Shown in pieces: positions 1-12,265 of a DNA stretch of 50,744 nucleotides. The DNA lies in sequence record SRR22947725_1095; one strand, written 5' to 3'. The position numbers and the translations under genes are program-made. The stretch's first letter is position 1; every line of letters begins with the position of its first letter. The notes under the pieces were generated by a model. It saw only the letters and a program-made list of their open reading frames with translations, did not search any database and had not been told where the DNA came from.

Positions 1-929
<929 letters not shown>

Positions 930-1220
930 TTATTCTTCAATTACTGCAACAATTTCATCTTCACTCATCACTAGAAGCTTTTCGTCTCCAACAGTGATTT
1001 CAGAACCTGAATATTGACCAAACATTACCGTGTCACCAACTTTAACATCCAATGGGATTAAGTCTCCTTGTGAACTAATTCTTCCATTTCCTGCTGCTAC
1101 AACCTCGCCTCTTGATGGCTTTTCAGTTGATGAATCAGGGATGATTAAACCACTAGCTGTTGTTTTCTTTTCTTCTACTCTTCGAACGATTACACGATCG
1201 TGTAGGGGGCGGATTTCCAT
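930..1220 (-). CDS. groES: Co-chaperonin GroES
   Basis: [12 protein letters not shown]...SGLIIPD motif, 96 aa, directly upstream of groEL. Confidence 0.98.
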   Translation of the reverse strand: MEIRPLHDRVIVRRVEEKKTTASGLIIPDSSTEKPSRGEVVAAGNGRISSQGDLIPLDVKVGDTVMFGQYSGSEITVGDEKLLVMSEDEIVAVIEE

Positions 1221-1263
1221 GTTTTCTCCTGGTATTACATAAAAAATTGTCGTAAAAAAGTTG

Positions 1264-2091
1264 TTACTCTTCTAGACGTTCTTTAAGCTTTTTGATAGCT
1301 TTATTTTCAAGTTGACGAACCCTTTCAGCGGAAACACCATACTTGTCTGCTAATGTATGTAAGGTCGATTTTTCTTCTTTCAAGTACCTGGCTTGTAAAA
1401 TATCGATACTTCTCTCATCCAAAGAAAAAAGAGCTTGATAAAGCTTATTGTGTTGGTCTTCTTGACTTTTGTTGCTGACCACTAATTGCTCTGGATTTTT
1501 ACCAGGATCAGATATGTAGTGCTCAGGAGTGTAAGTGTCTTCATCATCATTCACTTCAAACGCAACATCGTTGAGTTGAAGTCTTGATTCCATTTCAATA
1601 ACATCTTTTTCTCTAACACCCAAATCTTCAGCGATTACTTTTGCCTGCTCGCTGGTTAAAGATTGGAATATGTTAGATTTAGCTTGTTTTAGTTTGAAAA
1701 AGAGTTTTCTTTGTGCTTTTGTTGTAGCGACCTTAACAATTTTCCAATTCTTGAAAATATATTCGTGGATTTCAGCGCGTATCCAGTAAACAGCAAATGA
1801 AGAAAGCCTGACTTTTTTATGAGGGTTGAAGCGTTTCACCGCCTTCATTAAGCCGATTGTGCCTTCTTGGATTAAATCTGCTTGCTCGAGTCCATAACCC
1901 TTGTAACCGTGAGCAACAAACGCTACAAAGCGCATGTGCGCTAGAACTAGCTTTTGGGCTGCAGATAAGCTTCCATCCTCATAAAGTTCGATAGCTAAGT
2001 TATATTCCTCCTCTGGGGAAAGAATAGGAGGGTACTTTTGTACCTCTAAATCTCTAGATACGTTTTTTATCGATAATGCTAATTCACTCAT
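1264..2091 (-). CDS. rpoH: Heat-shock sigma factor sigma-32
   Basis: Region 2 [17 protein letters not shown], RpoH-box-like QRKLFFKLK, region 4 SAERVRQLE. Confidence 0.93.
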   Translation of the reverse strand: MSELALSIKNVSRDLEVQKYPPILSPEEEYNLAIELYEDGSLSAAQKLVLAHMRFVAFVAHGYKGYGLEQADLIQEGTIGLMKAVKRFNPHKKVRLSSFAVYWIRAEIHEYIFKNWKIVKVATTKAQRKLFFKLKQAKSNIFQSLTSEQAKVIAEDLGVREKDVIEMESRLQLNDVAFEVNDDEDTYTPEHYISDPGKNPEQLVVSNKSQEDQHNKLYQALFSLDERSIDILQARYLKEEKSTLHTLADKYGVSAERVRQLENKAIKKLKERLEE

Positions 2092-2122
2092 TAAGTTTCC
2101 AAGTACGATAAATCAGAGGCAA

Positions 2123-2131
2123 ATTATACCA
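2123..2131 (-). promoter_or_regulatory. Candidate sigma-70 extended -10 element (TGGTATAAT) upstream of rpoH
   Basis: The minus strand reads TGgTATAAT about 30 nt upstream of the rpoH ATG, in the gmk-rpoH gap. Confidence 0.5.
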
Positions 2132-2141
2132 AAAAAATGAT

Positions 2142-2768
2142 TTATATCAATTCATTAAGTAAATATTTATGTCTTAAAACTTGTTTTTCAAGTGTTAGTT
2201 CAGATTTATTGAAAATATCATTGGTATGATGAATGATGGTTTTTAAATTTGATAATGCGTCTTCAAAGATATCATTAATCACGAGATAATCAAATTCGTC
2301 ATAGTGTTTCATTTGATTTTCAGCGTCAGACATTCTATTTTTAATTATTTCATCATCATCCTGACCACGACCCTTAAGTCTTTCGAGTAAAGATTTTTTT
2401 GAAGGAGGCAATATAAAAATACTAATGGCATTAGGCATATTTGCTTTAACTTGACGAGCTCCTTGCCAATCAATCTCGAGAATTACATCAATATTTTTAT
2501 TCAGATTTTCCTGAATTTTCTCTCGAGAGCTTCCATATAGGTTTCCAAATACTTCGGCATGTTCAACAAATTCTCTATTAAGAATCATTTTTTTAAAGTC
2601 AGTTTTAGAGATAAAGTGATAATTGACGCCATCAACTTCACCAACTCTTGGTTTGCGCGTAGTGTGGGTGACTGACAAGTATAAATGTTCTGAGTTTTTG
2701 AGTAATGCATCAACTAAGGTTGTTTTTCCACACCCTGAAGGAGCAGCAATGATGAATAAATTAGACAT
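2142..2768 (-). CDS. gmk: Guanylate kinase
   Basis: P-loop APSGCGKT, TTRKPRVGEVDGVNYHF, LEIDWQGARQ. Confidence 0.97.
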   Translation of the reverse strand: MSNLFIIAAPSGCGKTTLVDALLKNSEHLYLSVTHTTRKPRVGEVDGVNYHFISKTDFKKMILNREFVEHAEVFGNLYGSSREKIQENLNKNIDVILEIDWQGARQVKANMPNAISIFILPPSKKSLLERLKGRGQDDDEIIKNRMSDAENQMKHYDEFDYLVINDIFEDALSNLKTIIHHTNDIFNKSELTLEKQVLRHKYLLNELI

Positions 2769-2790
2769 TAGTTAGTAGAGTTTTTTATCA

Positions 2791-3057
2791 TTATTTTGGA
2801 ATATATCCCTTGATTTGATCAAGATCATTGTCCGAAAAAAAATACTTTTCCATTTGTTCTTTTAAGTAGGCTTGAGACGACTCTTCAAATAAATTTAAGT
2901 TATTTTCATTAATAAGCATTGTTTGATGATCAAGCCACATTTGCCAAGCTTCCTTAGAGACTGAATCTAATATTTTTTTTCCAAGCTCACCAGGGTAGGG
3001 GGCTCTATCTAAACCTTCTGATTCTTTTTTTAATTTAACGCAATAAACTGTACTCAT
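2791..3057 (-). CDS. yggX: Fe(II)-trafficking / oxidative damage protection protein
   Basis: [18 protein letters not shown]...[17 protein letters not shown] family pattern. Confidence 0.93.
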   Translation of the reverse strand: MSTVYCVKLKKESEGLDRAPYPGELGKKILDSVSKEAWQMWLDHQTMLINENNLNLFEESSQAYLKEQMEKYFFSDNDLDQIKGYIPK

Positions 3058-4583
3058 AAATTTTTTAATCTAACTCCAAGTATAAATAGTGATAAAAAAT
3101 AGATAGCTATTGATATAGCTATCGTCTTAACAATGAGCGCAGATCTTTCGATCATTGAGGACCCATAATAAATATCAATATCCGAATCAAAATAGATAAT
3201 GTATAGAGACATTATAAAGACTGATAATATAACTTTAAATAACATTTTATATAGATTAATGTGCAACTTATAGATAGACTGCTTGATTAAGAAAAAGTAA
3301 AGTATCAAGGCATTTAGCAGCGCTGAAATAGAGGTTGCCACAGCTAGGCCAACATGCCCATAAAATTGAACTAATATAAGGTTTAAAATAATATTTGAAA
3401 CCATTGCAACAACTCCAGCCTTGACAGGTGTTTTAGTATCTCCTCTAGATAAAAAAATAGGTGCAAAGATTTTAATAGCGATAAATGCCATTAATCCTGA
3501 GCCATATGCCTGAAGACTGTATGAGGTTTTGATAGCTGAATTAATATCAAATGCTTCATATTGAAAAAGAGTAACAATCAATTCTTCTGAAAGTAGAACT
3601 AATCCAATGCAAGCTGGAATACCAAATAAAACTGCCAATATAACTGCTCTATCAATTGTGTCGATAAAGCCCTTAGAATCTTTATGAGCATGATAATTAC
3701 TTAGTTTTGCTAAAGCAACAGTTGCAAGCGCTATCCCAATTAATGCTAATGGAAGCTCCAGTAATCTATCTGAATAGTAAAGCCAGGAAACACTTCCTGC
3801 AATAAGTGTTGATGCAATCATGGTATCAACCAAAAGATTTATTTGAGAGACCGAAACACCAAACAATGCAGGCAACATTCTTTTTTTAAGTGTTGTAAGA
3901 GCTTGATGATGTCCAAATTTTAATTTGGGTAGTCTTTTAATTTTCCTTAAAAAAGGAATTTGAAATGCAAGCTGCGCAATACCTCCAATTAGTACACCCC
4001 ATGCAAGAGCCATAATTGGAGTTGATAGGTATTTTGATAAAAAGATCGCACTTAAAATTAATGAAATATTTAGCAAAACTGGTGTAAATGCGGGAACAGT
4101 AAAATTATCATAAGTATTAAGAATTGATCCTGATAAAGCTGTCAGTGAAATAAGCAATAAATATGGAAAAGTTATTCTTAGCATGTCAGAAGCTAGCTGA
4201 AACTGCTCAGGATCTGTCTTAAAGTAGAATCCCCATGCAAATAAAAAGATAATAAGAGGCGCAATAATTACAGCTACAAGAGTAATAATCATGAGAACAC
4301 TTAAGAGCTTAGTCGCAATATGGTTGATTACTAGCTGAACCTCTTCTTCACTATGGTTTGCTTTAGTGTTAGCTAAGATTGGTAAAAAGGCTTGAGAAAA
4401 AGCGCCTTCAGCAAATAAGCGTCTAAAAAAGTTTGGAATTCTAAATGCGACTAAAAATGCGTCTGTCAACTCATTAGCACCAAAAAGTCTTGCAATAACA
4501 AAGTCTCTTATTAGACCTAATATCCTAGAAACAAAGGTCATTGCAGAAACAATGCTGCTTGACCTTATAAATGATTTGGACAT
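3054..4583 (-). CDS. murJ: Lipid II flippase MurJ (MviN)
   Basis: [40 protein letters not shown], polytopic membrane protein. Confidence 0.97.
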   Translation of the reverse strand: MSKSFIRSSSIVSAMTFVSRILGLIRDFVIARLFGANELTDAFLVAFRIPNFFRRLFAEGAFSQAFLPILANTKANHSEEEVQLVINHIATKLLSVLMIITLVAVIIAPLIIFLFAWGFYFKTDPEQFQLASDMLRITFPYLLLISLTALSGSILNTYDNFTVPAFTPVLLNISLILSAIFLSKYLSTPIMALAWGVLIGGIAQLAFQIPFLRKIKRLPKLKFGHHQALTTLKKRMLPALFGVSVSQINLLVDTMIASTLIAGSVSWLYYSDRLLELPLALIGIALATVALAKLSNYHAHKDSKGFIDTIDRAVILAVLFGIPACIGLVLLSEELIVTLFQYEAFDINSAIKTSYSLQAYGSGLMAFIAIKIFAPIFLSRGDTKTPVKAGVVAMVSNIILNLILVQFYGHVGLAVATSISALLNALILYFFLIKQSIYKLHINLYKMLFKVILSVFIMSLYIIYFDSDIDIYYGSSMIERSALIVKTIAISIAIYFLSLFILGVRLKNL

Positions 4584-4599
4584 GATTTATGGTTATTAA

Positions 4600-5397
4600 T
4601 TATTCATCTGCTGGGCCGCGCATAATGCCGACTCTTGAATTCCTAATGCATTTGACAAATTGCATAACTTCAGTACTATCAGACTCTGATGCTTCAAGCT
4701 TACTAAGAGCTTGATCCAAAAGCCTTCCCTGAGAGTCTCTATAAACTACCTTAAAGGCCCTTTTAACTGAAGAAACAGAGCTTGAACTAAAGCCTCTTCG
4801 TTTCATTCCTACAGAGTTAATACTTCTAATTTTTGGATGAATCCCTGATGCAACCATATAATCAGGGATATCTTTATTTATTTGACATCCCATTCCTGCA
4901 TAAGTATGTCTACCAATGTTGCAAAATTGCTTAACTAATGCAAAACCTCCAAGAATAGCCCAATCGGAAATTCTAACATGTCCCGCTAAAGAAGCATTGT
5001 TTGACATTATGATATGATTTCCAAGTTGGCAGTCGTGAGCAATGTGAACATATGACATTAGCATATTATTTGAACCAATCCTTGTTAAGGAGTTTTCTTT
5101 TTCTGTGCCTCTGTTAATTGTGCAGAATTCCCTTATCAGATTATCATCACCAATTACCAGATTACTTTCTTGACCTTCTTGATAGGTTATATCTTGAGGG
5201 TCTCCTCCAATTGATGCAAAAGAGTATATATGATTATTTTTTCCGATTTTAGTGGGACCTTCAATAACTGCATGAGAGTCAATAACTGTTCCAGCACCAA
5301 TTTCAACGTTAGCACCAACTAGGGCGTATGCTGATATTACTGCATCCTTATGGATTTTTGCGCTCTCATGAACAATAGCTGAGGAATCAATAGGCAT
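4600..5397 (-). CDS. lpxA: UDP-N-acetylglucosamine acyltransferase
   Basis: Hexapeptide repeats, IGGDPQD, HIAHDC, LAGHV; follows fabZ. Confidence 0.96.
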   Translation of the reverse strand: MPIDSSAIVHESAKIHKDAVISAYALVGANVEIGAGTVIDSHAVIEGPTKIGKNNHIYSFASIGGDPQDITYQEGQESNLVIGDDNLIREFCTINRGTEKENSLTRIGSNNMLMSYVHIAHDCQLGNHIIMSNNASLAGHVRISDWAILGGFALVKQFCNIGRHTYAGMGCQINKDIPDYMVASGIHPKIRSINSVGMKRRGFSSSSVSSVKRAFKVVYRDSQGRLLDQALSKLEASESDSTEVMQFVKCIRNSRVGIMRGPADE

Positions 5398-5399
5398 AA

Positions 5400-5846
5400 T
5401 CAGTTATTTGCTTTTTTTTGTGTACATAAAATTTCGGCTGATGTGACAAGCTCCCCTTCAACTTTTGCTGTGCAATTAAATTTCCACATGCCACGTTTGA
5501 CGGTAACAACTTCAGCATAGATTTCAAGTTGATCACCAGGCTCAACAATTCTTTTAAAACGAACTTTATCGACACCAACTAACATATATATTTGACCAAC
5601 TTCAGGTCTGCCTACTTCTGATTTAAAAGCCAATATTCCAGTCGCTTGAGCCATAGCCTCAATAATTAAAACACCTGGCATGATTGGCTGATCAGGAAAG
5701 TGACCGGTAAATTGTGGCTCATTAAAAGAAACATTTTTTAAAGCTGTCAAATTTTTCCCTGATTCGAAGCTAATTACCCGATCAATAAGCAAAAAAGGAT
5801 ATCGATGGGGTAGAAAATTTTTAACCTCGTTTATATTCATTTCCAT
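5400..5846 (-). CDS. fabZ: 3-hydroxyacyl-ACP dehydratase
   Basis: [12 protein letters not shown] and [20 protein letters not shown]. Confidence 0.97.
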   Translation of the reverse strand: MEMNINEVKNFLPHRYPFLLIDRVISFESGKNLTALKNVSFNEPQFTGHFPDQPIMPGVLIIEAMAQATGILAFKSEVGRPEVGQIYMLVGVDKVRFKRIVEPGDQLEIYAEVVTVKRGMWKFNCTAKVEGELVTSAEILCTQKKANN

Positions 5847-5850
5847 AGTT

Positions 5851-6849
5851 TTACCTAATGTTTTTCAATTTAATCTTCAAGAAAGTGGCAATTTTATCAA
5901 GTTTTGTTAGCCATATACCTACCTTTTTCCAATCTGAATGAAGCATGAGAGGCACAAAACCTGTATATACGCCAGGTTTAGTAATGTCTCTATTAACCGT
6001 ACTCGTAGCATTTATAACAACATCATCTGTAATCTTTAAGTGTCCAACAATACCTACTGCACCTCCTATCATGCACCTTTTTCCAATTATTGTTGTTCCA
6101 GCTATACCTGTTTTTGCTGCTATAGCAGTATCTTCTCCAATAATTACGTTATGAGCAATGTGAATAAGATTGTCAATTTTTACACCATTGTGAATTTCTG
6201 TATCTGATATTGTTCCTCTATCAATAGTAGTATTTGCACCTATAGAAACGTTATCACCAATTAGTACATTTCCAAGATGAGCAATAGCACTCCATTTTTG
6301 ATTAGCATCCCTTGCATTACCAAAACCTTCTGATCCAATAACTGCACCTGGAGAAATAACACAATTATCTCCAATTTGACATCCTTTTTGAATAATAACA
6401 TTTGACTCAATCAGAGTGTTGGAGCCAACTTTGACGTTATCTTCAATTACGCAATTAGCCCCTATAGTTGATTTAGTGCCAATCATGACATTTAAGCCAA
6501 TTAAGCTATTAGGACCAATATACGAATTGGGGTAAATTAATTGTTGATCATAACTCAAATTTTGAATATTTTGATTTACTTTGAATTTATGGGTAAGAAT
6601 TGAGTAGGCAAGATAAACGTTATCAACTATGATGCTATCATTAGGACAGAGGTGCTTAAGGTCTTTTTTAATAATAAAAGCACCAGCATTAGAGCTCTTT
6701 AGAGAGTCTTTGTATTTGGTACTTACTGCGTAAGATATTTGGTTTGAATTTGCAGAATCCAAGGTGCCAATTCCATTAATGGATTTTGATGAGTTTCCTT
6801 CTATTGACCCTCCAACTATGTCTGCAATTTCTTTAAGTGTGAATGTCAT
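5851..6849 (-). CDS. lpxD: UDP-3-O-acylglucosamine N-acyltransferase
   Basis: Hexapeptide repeats, [25 protein letters not shown]; lies between skp and fabZ. Confidence 0.95.
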   Translation of the reverse strand: MTFTLKEIADIVGGSIEGNSSKSINGIGTLDSANSNQISYAVSTKYKDSLKSSNAGAFIIKKDLKHLCPNDSIIVDNVYLAYSILTHKFKVNQNIQNLSYDQQLIYPNSYIGPNSLIGLNVMIGTKSTIGANCVIEDNVKVGSNTLIESNVIIQKGCQIGDNCVISPGAVIGSEGFGNARDANQKWSAIAHLGNVLIGDNVSIGANTTIDRGTISDTEIHNGVKIDNLIHIAHNVIIGEDTAIAAKTGIAGTTIIGKRCMIGGAVGIVGHLKITDDVVINATSTVNRDITKPGVYTGFVPLMLHSDWKKVGIWLTKLDKIATFLKIKLKNIR

Positions 6850-7343
6850 GGTGACTGTTTTATAATTTTTTCAATGATTTGTTGAGTTATGTTAACCTTG
6901 TCGCTCACAAAGGCAACGTCTTTATAAAGGATTAGATCATAGTTTTCTTCTAAAGCAAATTCATTTATAGAATTATTTACAAGACTTTCAATTTTATTAA
7001 GAAGGTTGATCTTTTTACTATTCATTGATTTTTGCCAAAACTCAGTTTCTTTCTCAAAACTTTCTTCTAAGTCTTTAAGCTTGGATAATTCTATTTCATT
7101 AGAATTTGAACTATTAGTTTTTTTATTTAATTCAATATTTTCTCTAAGAAGCTCAATATGCTTAAATAAGTCTAACAACTCTTGTTTTTTTGGTTCAAAT
7201 TCTCGAGTTATTGCTTCAATACTTTTTTTATATTGAGGTAGGTTAAAAACAATTTTTTCAGTATCAATAAAACCAATTTTTATATTTTGAGCACTAGCTG
7301 ATAAACACAGAACACTCAAAAAAAATATAATTAAAACCCTCAT
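6846..7343 (-). CDS. skp: Periplasmic chaperone Skp/OmpH
   Basis: Signal peptide, KIGFIDTE, coiled coil, YDLIL; conserved bamA-skp-lpxD order. Confidence 0.85.
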   Translation of the reverse strand: MRVLIIFFLSVLCLSASAQNIKIGFIDTEKIVFNLPQYKKSIEAITREFEPKKQELLDLFKHIELLRENIELNKKTNSSNSNEIELSKLKDLEESFEKETEFWQKSMNSKKINLLNKIESLVNNSINEFALEENYDLILYKDVAFVSDKVNITQQIIEKIIKQSP

Positions 7344-7350
7344 TGGGATT

Positions 7351-9666
7351 TTAGAAACCAGTTCCTAAAGAAAAACCAAAATCTTCTATGATGTCACCAT
7401 CTTTTTTAAGAATAGGTGTTGAAATGAAAGCGCCAATTGATCCTATAGGGCTTAGATAAGCAAAACCAAATCCAGCAGACATTCTTAAATCACCAAGTTT
7501 GATATTTGAGCTTTTTTCATATATGTTTCCAGCATCAATAAAAGCACTCATTCTCATTTTTTCATTATTTTCAAAAAAGAATGCTGGAGTAATTAGGTTT
7601 GCACTCCCAAGCATAGCAACCTCGCCTCCTTTTCCCTTGCCATTAGGATAAAGTGGCCCAAGGGTTTTATTACCAAATCCCCTAACTGATCCACTTCCAC
7701 CACCAAAGTTTCGTTTATAAAATGGCAGTGCTTTACCACTGTAACCTTTGGATAAATTGAAATTACCTGTTAGTTTTAATGTTGTTGTATCACTTACAGG
7801 TCTGTAACTTCTGTGATCAGCATTTAAATCAAAATATCTATAGTCACCTAATGGAAGCGCGACTCCTAAAGATAAAGCATTTTTAACTCCGTCTGTTGGA
7901 TATAAATAATCATTTAGAGTGTTTTTATTCCAATTAATTTTAAGTTTAAATTCATCATTGTCTTTAGTTCCACATTGACTAGTTTCATAGCCAACTCCAG
8001 AAAATAGCGAACTACATTTAATCTCGTTTTGTGAATACTCTAATTCAGTATTTATTCTTGTATTGTCGCTTAATGGGATGCCATAACCAAGGCTTGCACC
8101 AGTTGAATTGATTTCATAAGAGTTTTCAGCAACGTCATCATCATTGATTTCACTTCGAAATGCGCCAATACTAACACTGTGGCCTTCATCGTTATAGTTA
8201 GGGTTCATAAAATAAAAACTTAACCTATTATATGATTTTGATACGCTTAAGTCAGCATTCAGTGTATTTCCAGAGCCAAAGATATTTTTTTCCTTTATTC
8301 CAGCACCAAATGAAATGCCATAGTTATTGCTATGAGAAACGGAGAAATTTACAGAACCAGTTTGCGTTTCACTAACTGAAAAATTTACGTTAATTTTATC
8401 AGGCATATCTTTAACTTCTGAAGTTGAAATTTGAACATCTGAAAAATAGCCAAGCCTTCGCAGATTAAGTATTGATTCCCTTAGAACACTTCGAGAGTAC
8501 AATCCTCCTTCTGATATGCCGATTTCTCTTCTAATGACACTATCTTGAGTTCGCGTGTTTCCAGAAATAGTAATTCTATTAATATAAGCTTTATTATTTA
8601 ATGAAATAATAAAGTCTACATTTACAGTATCTAAATAATCAGAAGTGACAGGATTAATATCAACAAATGCATAGCCTTTATCAGCAAATTTATCAGTTAA
8701 CTTTTGGATATCTTTAATAATTGTGCTGCGATTAAATATGTCTCCTTCGATCATTGTTATAGTATTGAGTAGCTCTTCTTTGCTAAAAATCTCAGATTCT
8801 GCATCAAAAGATATTTTTCCTAATTTGTATTGAATACCTTCAGAGATATTAATTTTTAAAGAAATTTTTTCTTTATCATCACTAAGATTTGATTCAATAT
8901 TTAAGATTTTAAAATCCAAATATCCTAAGTCAAAATAAGTATAAGTCATCAAATCTATGCCCTGGGCAAACTCAGCATCTGTAAATAAATCTTTATTAGT
9001 AAAATAATTGATGAAAGCCATATCTGATTCACCAATTTTGAATAATTTAAGCAATGTATCTTCAGATACTTTTTCAGCTCCAGAGATTGTAAATGTATCT
9101 ATTTTTGCTCTCTTACCTTTTTGGATATTTAATTCAATGCCTACTCTATTTTGAGAATCAATAGAGATATTTTGATCGATAACTGCATTGAAATAACCTG
9201 ACTCAGAGTACTTTGACTTTAATTCCGACACAAGTTTGTCAAGTTGGTTTTGAGTAAAGGGATTTCCTGCAGTTAAATTATTGCTTTCAAGCTCTGTTTC
9301 AAGTATTTCAGTGGTTATAAGCATTTTTTCATTTTTAAGCCAACTAGAAAAACTTAAGTCTTTATCAAGGTTAAATTCGAAATACTTTACAGTTGGATTT
9401 TCCACTAAAGTAATATCTAAAATATCTTCGTTTTTAATGATACTAATATCTGAAAAAAGTCCTGTTTTAAAGAGTGATTTTATTATTGAGTCACTTGAAG
9501 AGCCTGAGTATTCGTCACCAATCTTTAAAGGAATTTTATCTAATAATGAATTTTCTGTAGCGTTATTAAGGCCAATAAAATTGATTGTGTTTATTACATT
9601 TGAATAAGAATGTGTTGTAAAAATTAAGAAAAAAAGAGCCAAGATATGATTTAATTTAATTTTCAT
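7351..9666 (-). CDS. bamA: Outer membrane protein assembly factor BamA
   Basis: Signal peptide, POTRA motif GNTRTQDSVIRRE, VRGF motif, C-terminal FSLGTGF. Confidence 0.96.
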   Translation of the reverse strand: MKIKLNHILALFFLIFTTHSYSNVINTINFIGLNNATENSLLDKIPLKIGDEYSGSSSDSIIKSLFKTGLFSDISIIKNEDILDITLVENPTVKYFEFNLDKDLSFSSWLKNEKMLITTEILETELESNNLTAGNPFTQNQLDKLVSELKSKYSESGYFNAVIDQNISIDSQNRVGIELNIQKGKRAKIDTFTISGAEKVSEDTLLKLFKIGESDMAFINYFTNKDLFTDAEFAQGIDLMTYTYFDLGYLDFKILNIESNLSDDKEKISLKINISEGIQYKLGKISFDAESEIFSKEELLNTITMIEGDIFNRSTIIKDIQKLTDKFADKGYAFVDINPVTSDYLDTVNVDFIISLNNKAYINRITISGNTRTQDSVIRREIGISEGGLYSRSVLRESILNLRRLGYFSDVQISTSEVKDMPDKINVNFSVSETQTGSVNFSVSHSNNYGISFGAGIKEKNIFGSGNTLNADLSVSKSYNRLSFYFMNPNYNDEGHSVSIGAFRSEINDDDVAENSYEINSTGASLGYGIPLSDNTRINTELEYSQNEIKCSSLFSGVGYETSQCGTKDNDEFKLKINWNKNTLNDYLYPTDGVKNALSLGVALPLGDYRYFDLNADHRSYRPVSDTTTLKLTGNFNLSKGYSGKALPFYKRNFGGGSGSVRGFGNKTLGPLYPNGKGKGGEVAMLGSANLITPAFFFENNEKMRMSAFIDAGNIYEKSSNIKLGDLRMSAGFGFAYLSPIGSIGAFISTPILKKDGDIIEDFGFSLGTGF

Positions 9667-9806
9667 TTTTTTACCTATAATAATTAAGTTTGATTTTTAC
9701 AAAATACTAGATTCTTAAAAAAATAAATTTCAATAATCCAATTTTAACAAATTAACTTAGCTTAAAGTTAATCTAACAATAAATAATAAAAACTAAAGTG
9801 ATTGAA

Positions 9807-10175
9807 TTAAATAGTAACTTGACGATAATTTTTGTTGTTGTAACTATTTTCTTCTACACGATTAATGTAATCTTGCCATAATTCTTCTTTATCAGTCCCT
9901 AAATGAAGTAAATAACTCCAGGAGTATATTCCAGTTGTGTGACCATCACTAAAATGAATAGCAATTGCATAGTTACCCATTGGAACAATAGTTGATATTA
10001 AAACATCTTTTTTGTTTAACTGCAGTGTTTCTTGCCCAGGGCCATGACCACGAACTTCTGCTGAGGGTGAATATACTCTTAAGAACTCACTTGTTAAAGG
10101 ATAATCATCATCTTTAAAGCTAACAGTGAGTAATTTTTTATCTTTGCTAAGTGTTATATTATTTGGAGGAGTCAT
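9807..10175 (-). CDS. DUF971 / GBBH-like N-terminal domain protein
   Basis: EFLRVYSPSAEVRGHG...GNYAI...FSDGHTTGIYSWSYL matches the DUF971 family pattern. Confidence 0.85.
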   Translation of the reverse strand: MTPPNNITLSKDKKLLTVSFKDDDYPLTSEFLRVYSPSAEVRGHGPGQETLQLNKKDVLISTIVPMGNYAIAIHFSDGHTTGIYSWSYLLHLGTDKEELWQDYINRVEENSYNNKNYRQVTI

Positions 10176-10260
10176 TCTTAGTTATTAGAAAATTAAAGTA
10201 AATAAATTTTAGCATAGCAGTAATTGAAAAATTCGCTTTACAAACGGTTAAAATATATTC

Positions 10261-11079
10261 ATGATAAATTTTACAAAAATGCAAGGCCTAGGGAATGATT
10301 TTGTGGTCATTAACAATCTGGATGGTGATGTTTGTCTTTCTGTTGAAGAAATACGTCAACTAGCTGATCGTCGCTTTGGGATTGGCTTTGACCAGCTTCT
10401 AATGATTGAAGCAGCAACTTCTCAAAGTGCCGATTTTAGATATGTCATATTTAATGCTGATGGCTCTGAAGTTAACCAGTGTGGAAATGGTGCGAGATGT
10501 TTTGCATTGTATATTCATAAAAAAAACCTTTCACATAAAAATCCTTTAACTGTTGAAACGAAAGCAGGACTTTTGGTTCTCAATATAAATAGCGATGACA
10601 CAGTAAAAGTTGATATGGGTATGCCTAATTTTGAGCCTTCTAAAATACCTTTGAACTTAAATCAATTATCATCAGAGTACAATGTTGGAGGCCATATGGT
10701 TGGATCCTTGTCTATTGGTAACCCTCATGCCATTTTGATTCAAGATGAAATTGATAATATTGTTGGCATTGCCTCTAAAATTCAGTCTAGCGAGTTATTT
10801 CCTGAAGGAGTTAATGTTGGTTTCATGAAGATTATAAACAAAAGTGAAATTAAGCTAAGAGTCGTAGAGAGGGGTGTTGGAGAGACACATGCATGTGGCT
10901 CTGGTGCCTGCGCTGCCGTAATTCATGGAGTAAGACAAGGACTACTGGATTCTAAAGTCATAGTTCACTTAAATGGTGGAGATGCAACTGTAGAGTTTGG
11001 TGGAGAGAAGGTTTATTTAACTGGGCCAGGTAAGTTTGTTTATGAAGGTTCTGTTAATCTTAGAAGTGGGTCCTCCTAG
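10261..11079 (+). CDS. dapF: Diaminopimelate epimerase
   Basis: KMQGLGNDF, NADGSEVNQCGNGARC, ERGVGETHACGSGA (both catalytic Cys present). Confidence 0.97.
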   Translation: MINFTKMQGLGNDFVVINNLDGDVCLSVEEIRQLADRRFGIGFDQLLMIEAATSQSADFRYVIFNADGSEVNQCGNGARCFALYIHKKNLSHKNPLTVETKAGLLVLNINSDDTVKVDMGMPNFEPSKIPLNLNQLSSEYNVGGHMVGSLSIGNPHAILIQDEIDNIVGIASKIQSSELFPEGVNVGFMKIINKSEIKLRVVERGVGETHACGSGACAAVIHGVRQGLLDSKVIVHLNGGDATVEFGGEKVYLTGPGKFVYEGSVNLRSGSS

Positions 11080-11879
11080 GTTTCTATTGAATCCTGCGAA
11101 ATATAAATATTGTTTGTTAAATTGTAAGCGGTAAGCTGTCCGCCCCAGATGCATCCATGGTCTAGAGGGTAAATGTTATTTGTGTTTACATTATTTAGTG
11201 AAGACCAATGCCCAAAAAAGATTTTTTGCTCTTTCATTAAGCGATTTTTATGAAGAAACCAGGCTTTATAGCCTGCTGGATTTTTATCAACATTGAGCTT
11301 ATGTTCAAACTCAAGCTCTCCATCTTCCTTACAAAATCGCATCCTCATCAAGGCGTTTATTGTGTAACGACATTTTTCCTCTATAGTAAGAGTTTCTGAC
11401 CATGTGTGTGGTGAATTACCATACATCTGAGATAAAAATTCACTTAGATTATTATTTCGAAGTTGGCTGTGAACCATCGCAGCATTATTGATGACGTCTG
11501 ATTGAGACCAGTTTGGTGGAACGCCAGCATGAACCATTAAGGAGTCCTCATACTCTATTACTAAAGGCCTCTCAATAAGATATTCTAACAAAGTATTTTT
11601 ATCATTAGCTTCAAGAATGTCATGAAAGGTATCTTTTTTATTTGGGTGTCTCTCTGTAAGGGCACAAACCAGAAGATGGAAATCATGGTTTCCTAGGACC
11701 ATGTCTGCATTATCTTTATTCGAGTATAGAAACCTTAGTGTTTCTAATGAATGAGAACCACGGTTGACAACATCACCTAAGAAATATAAACGATCTCTAT
11801 CAATATTAAAGTTAATTTTTTTTAGAAGCGCATTAAGGCTATTAAAGCAGCCCTGAACATCACCAATGGCATAATCCAT
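11076..11879 (-). CDS. apaH: Symmetrical bis(5'-nucleosyl)-tetraphosphatase
   Basis: GDVQGC, GDVVNRG, LGNHD, VHAG, FGHW; follows apaG. Confidence 0.95.
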   Translation of the reverse strand: MDYAIGDVQGCFNSLNALLKKINFNIDRDRLYFLGDVVNRGSHSLETLRFLYSNKDNADMVLGNHDFHLLVCALTERHPNKKDTFHDILEANDKNTLLEYLIERPLVIEYEDSLMVHAGVPPNWSQSDVINNAAMVHSQLRNNNLSEFLSQMYGNSPHTWSETLTIEEKCRYTINALMRMRFCKEDGELEFEHKLNVDKNPAGYKAWFLHKNRLMKEQKIFFGHWSSLNNVNTNNIYPLDHGCIWGGQLTAYNLTNNIYISQDSIET

Positions 11880-11887
11880 ATAGCTTT

Positions 11888-12265
11888 CTAATGCAGCGTA
11901 TGAGGTTCGCTCAATGTAAATTCAGGGATATCTGCATTAAACCTTTGGCCTATGTCGCTAATCATTCCATAAGAGCCTTTCATGGTCCCTGTCTCAGTAC
12001 TAATAATTGCTCCAGAGCTATATTTAAAGCTTTCACCAGGTGATAAATGTGGCTGTTGACCAATAACACCCTCACCAATTACCTCTTCAGTTTCGCCTGA
12101 CTCGTCTTGAATGAGCCAACGCCTTGTCCTAAGTTGAGCGCCAGTATCACCTTGATTAGTAATCGTAATGGTATAAGCATAGGCATATTGTTTATTAAGG
12201 ATATCTGATTGATCCGAAAGGTAGGTTACTTCTACATTAATTTCAATTTTGTTTTTCATAATCAT
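11888..12265 (-). CDS. apaG: ApaG protein (start may be the ATG at 12259)
   Basis: YAYTITITN...GEGVIGQQP...YSSG; rsmA-apaG-apaH order. Confidence 0.95.
   Translation of the reverse strand: MIMKNKIEINVEVTYLSDQSDILNKQYAYAYTITITNQGDTGAQLRTRRWLIQDESGETEEVIGEGVIGQQPHLSPGESFKYSSGAIISTETGTMKGSYGMISDIGQRFNADIPEFTLSEPHTLH

Noticed and set aside
1305-1311. CTTGAAA (sigma-32 -35-like) inside the 3' end of rpoH as a groES promoter
   Set aside because: No CCCCAT-like -10 follows at 13-17 nt, and the sequence is explained by the conserved QLEN codons.
9751-9772. Dyad ATTAACTT-N6-AAGTTAAT upstream of bamA
   Set aside because: Short and almost entirely A/T in a very AT-rich gap, so not distinguishable from chance.
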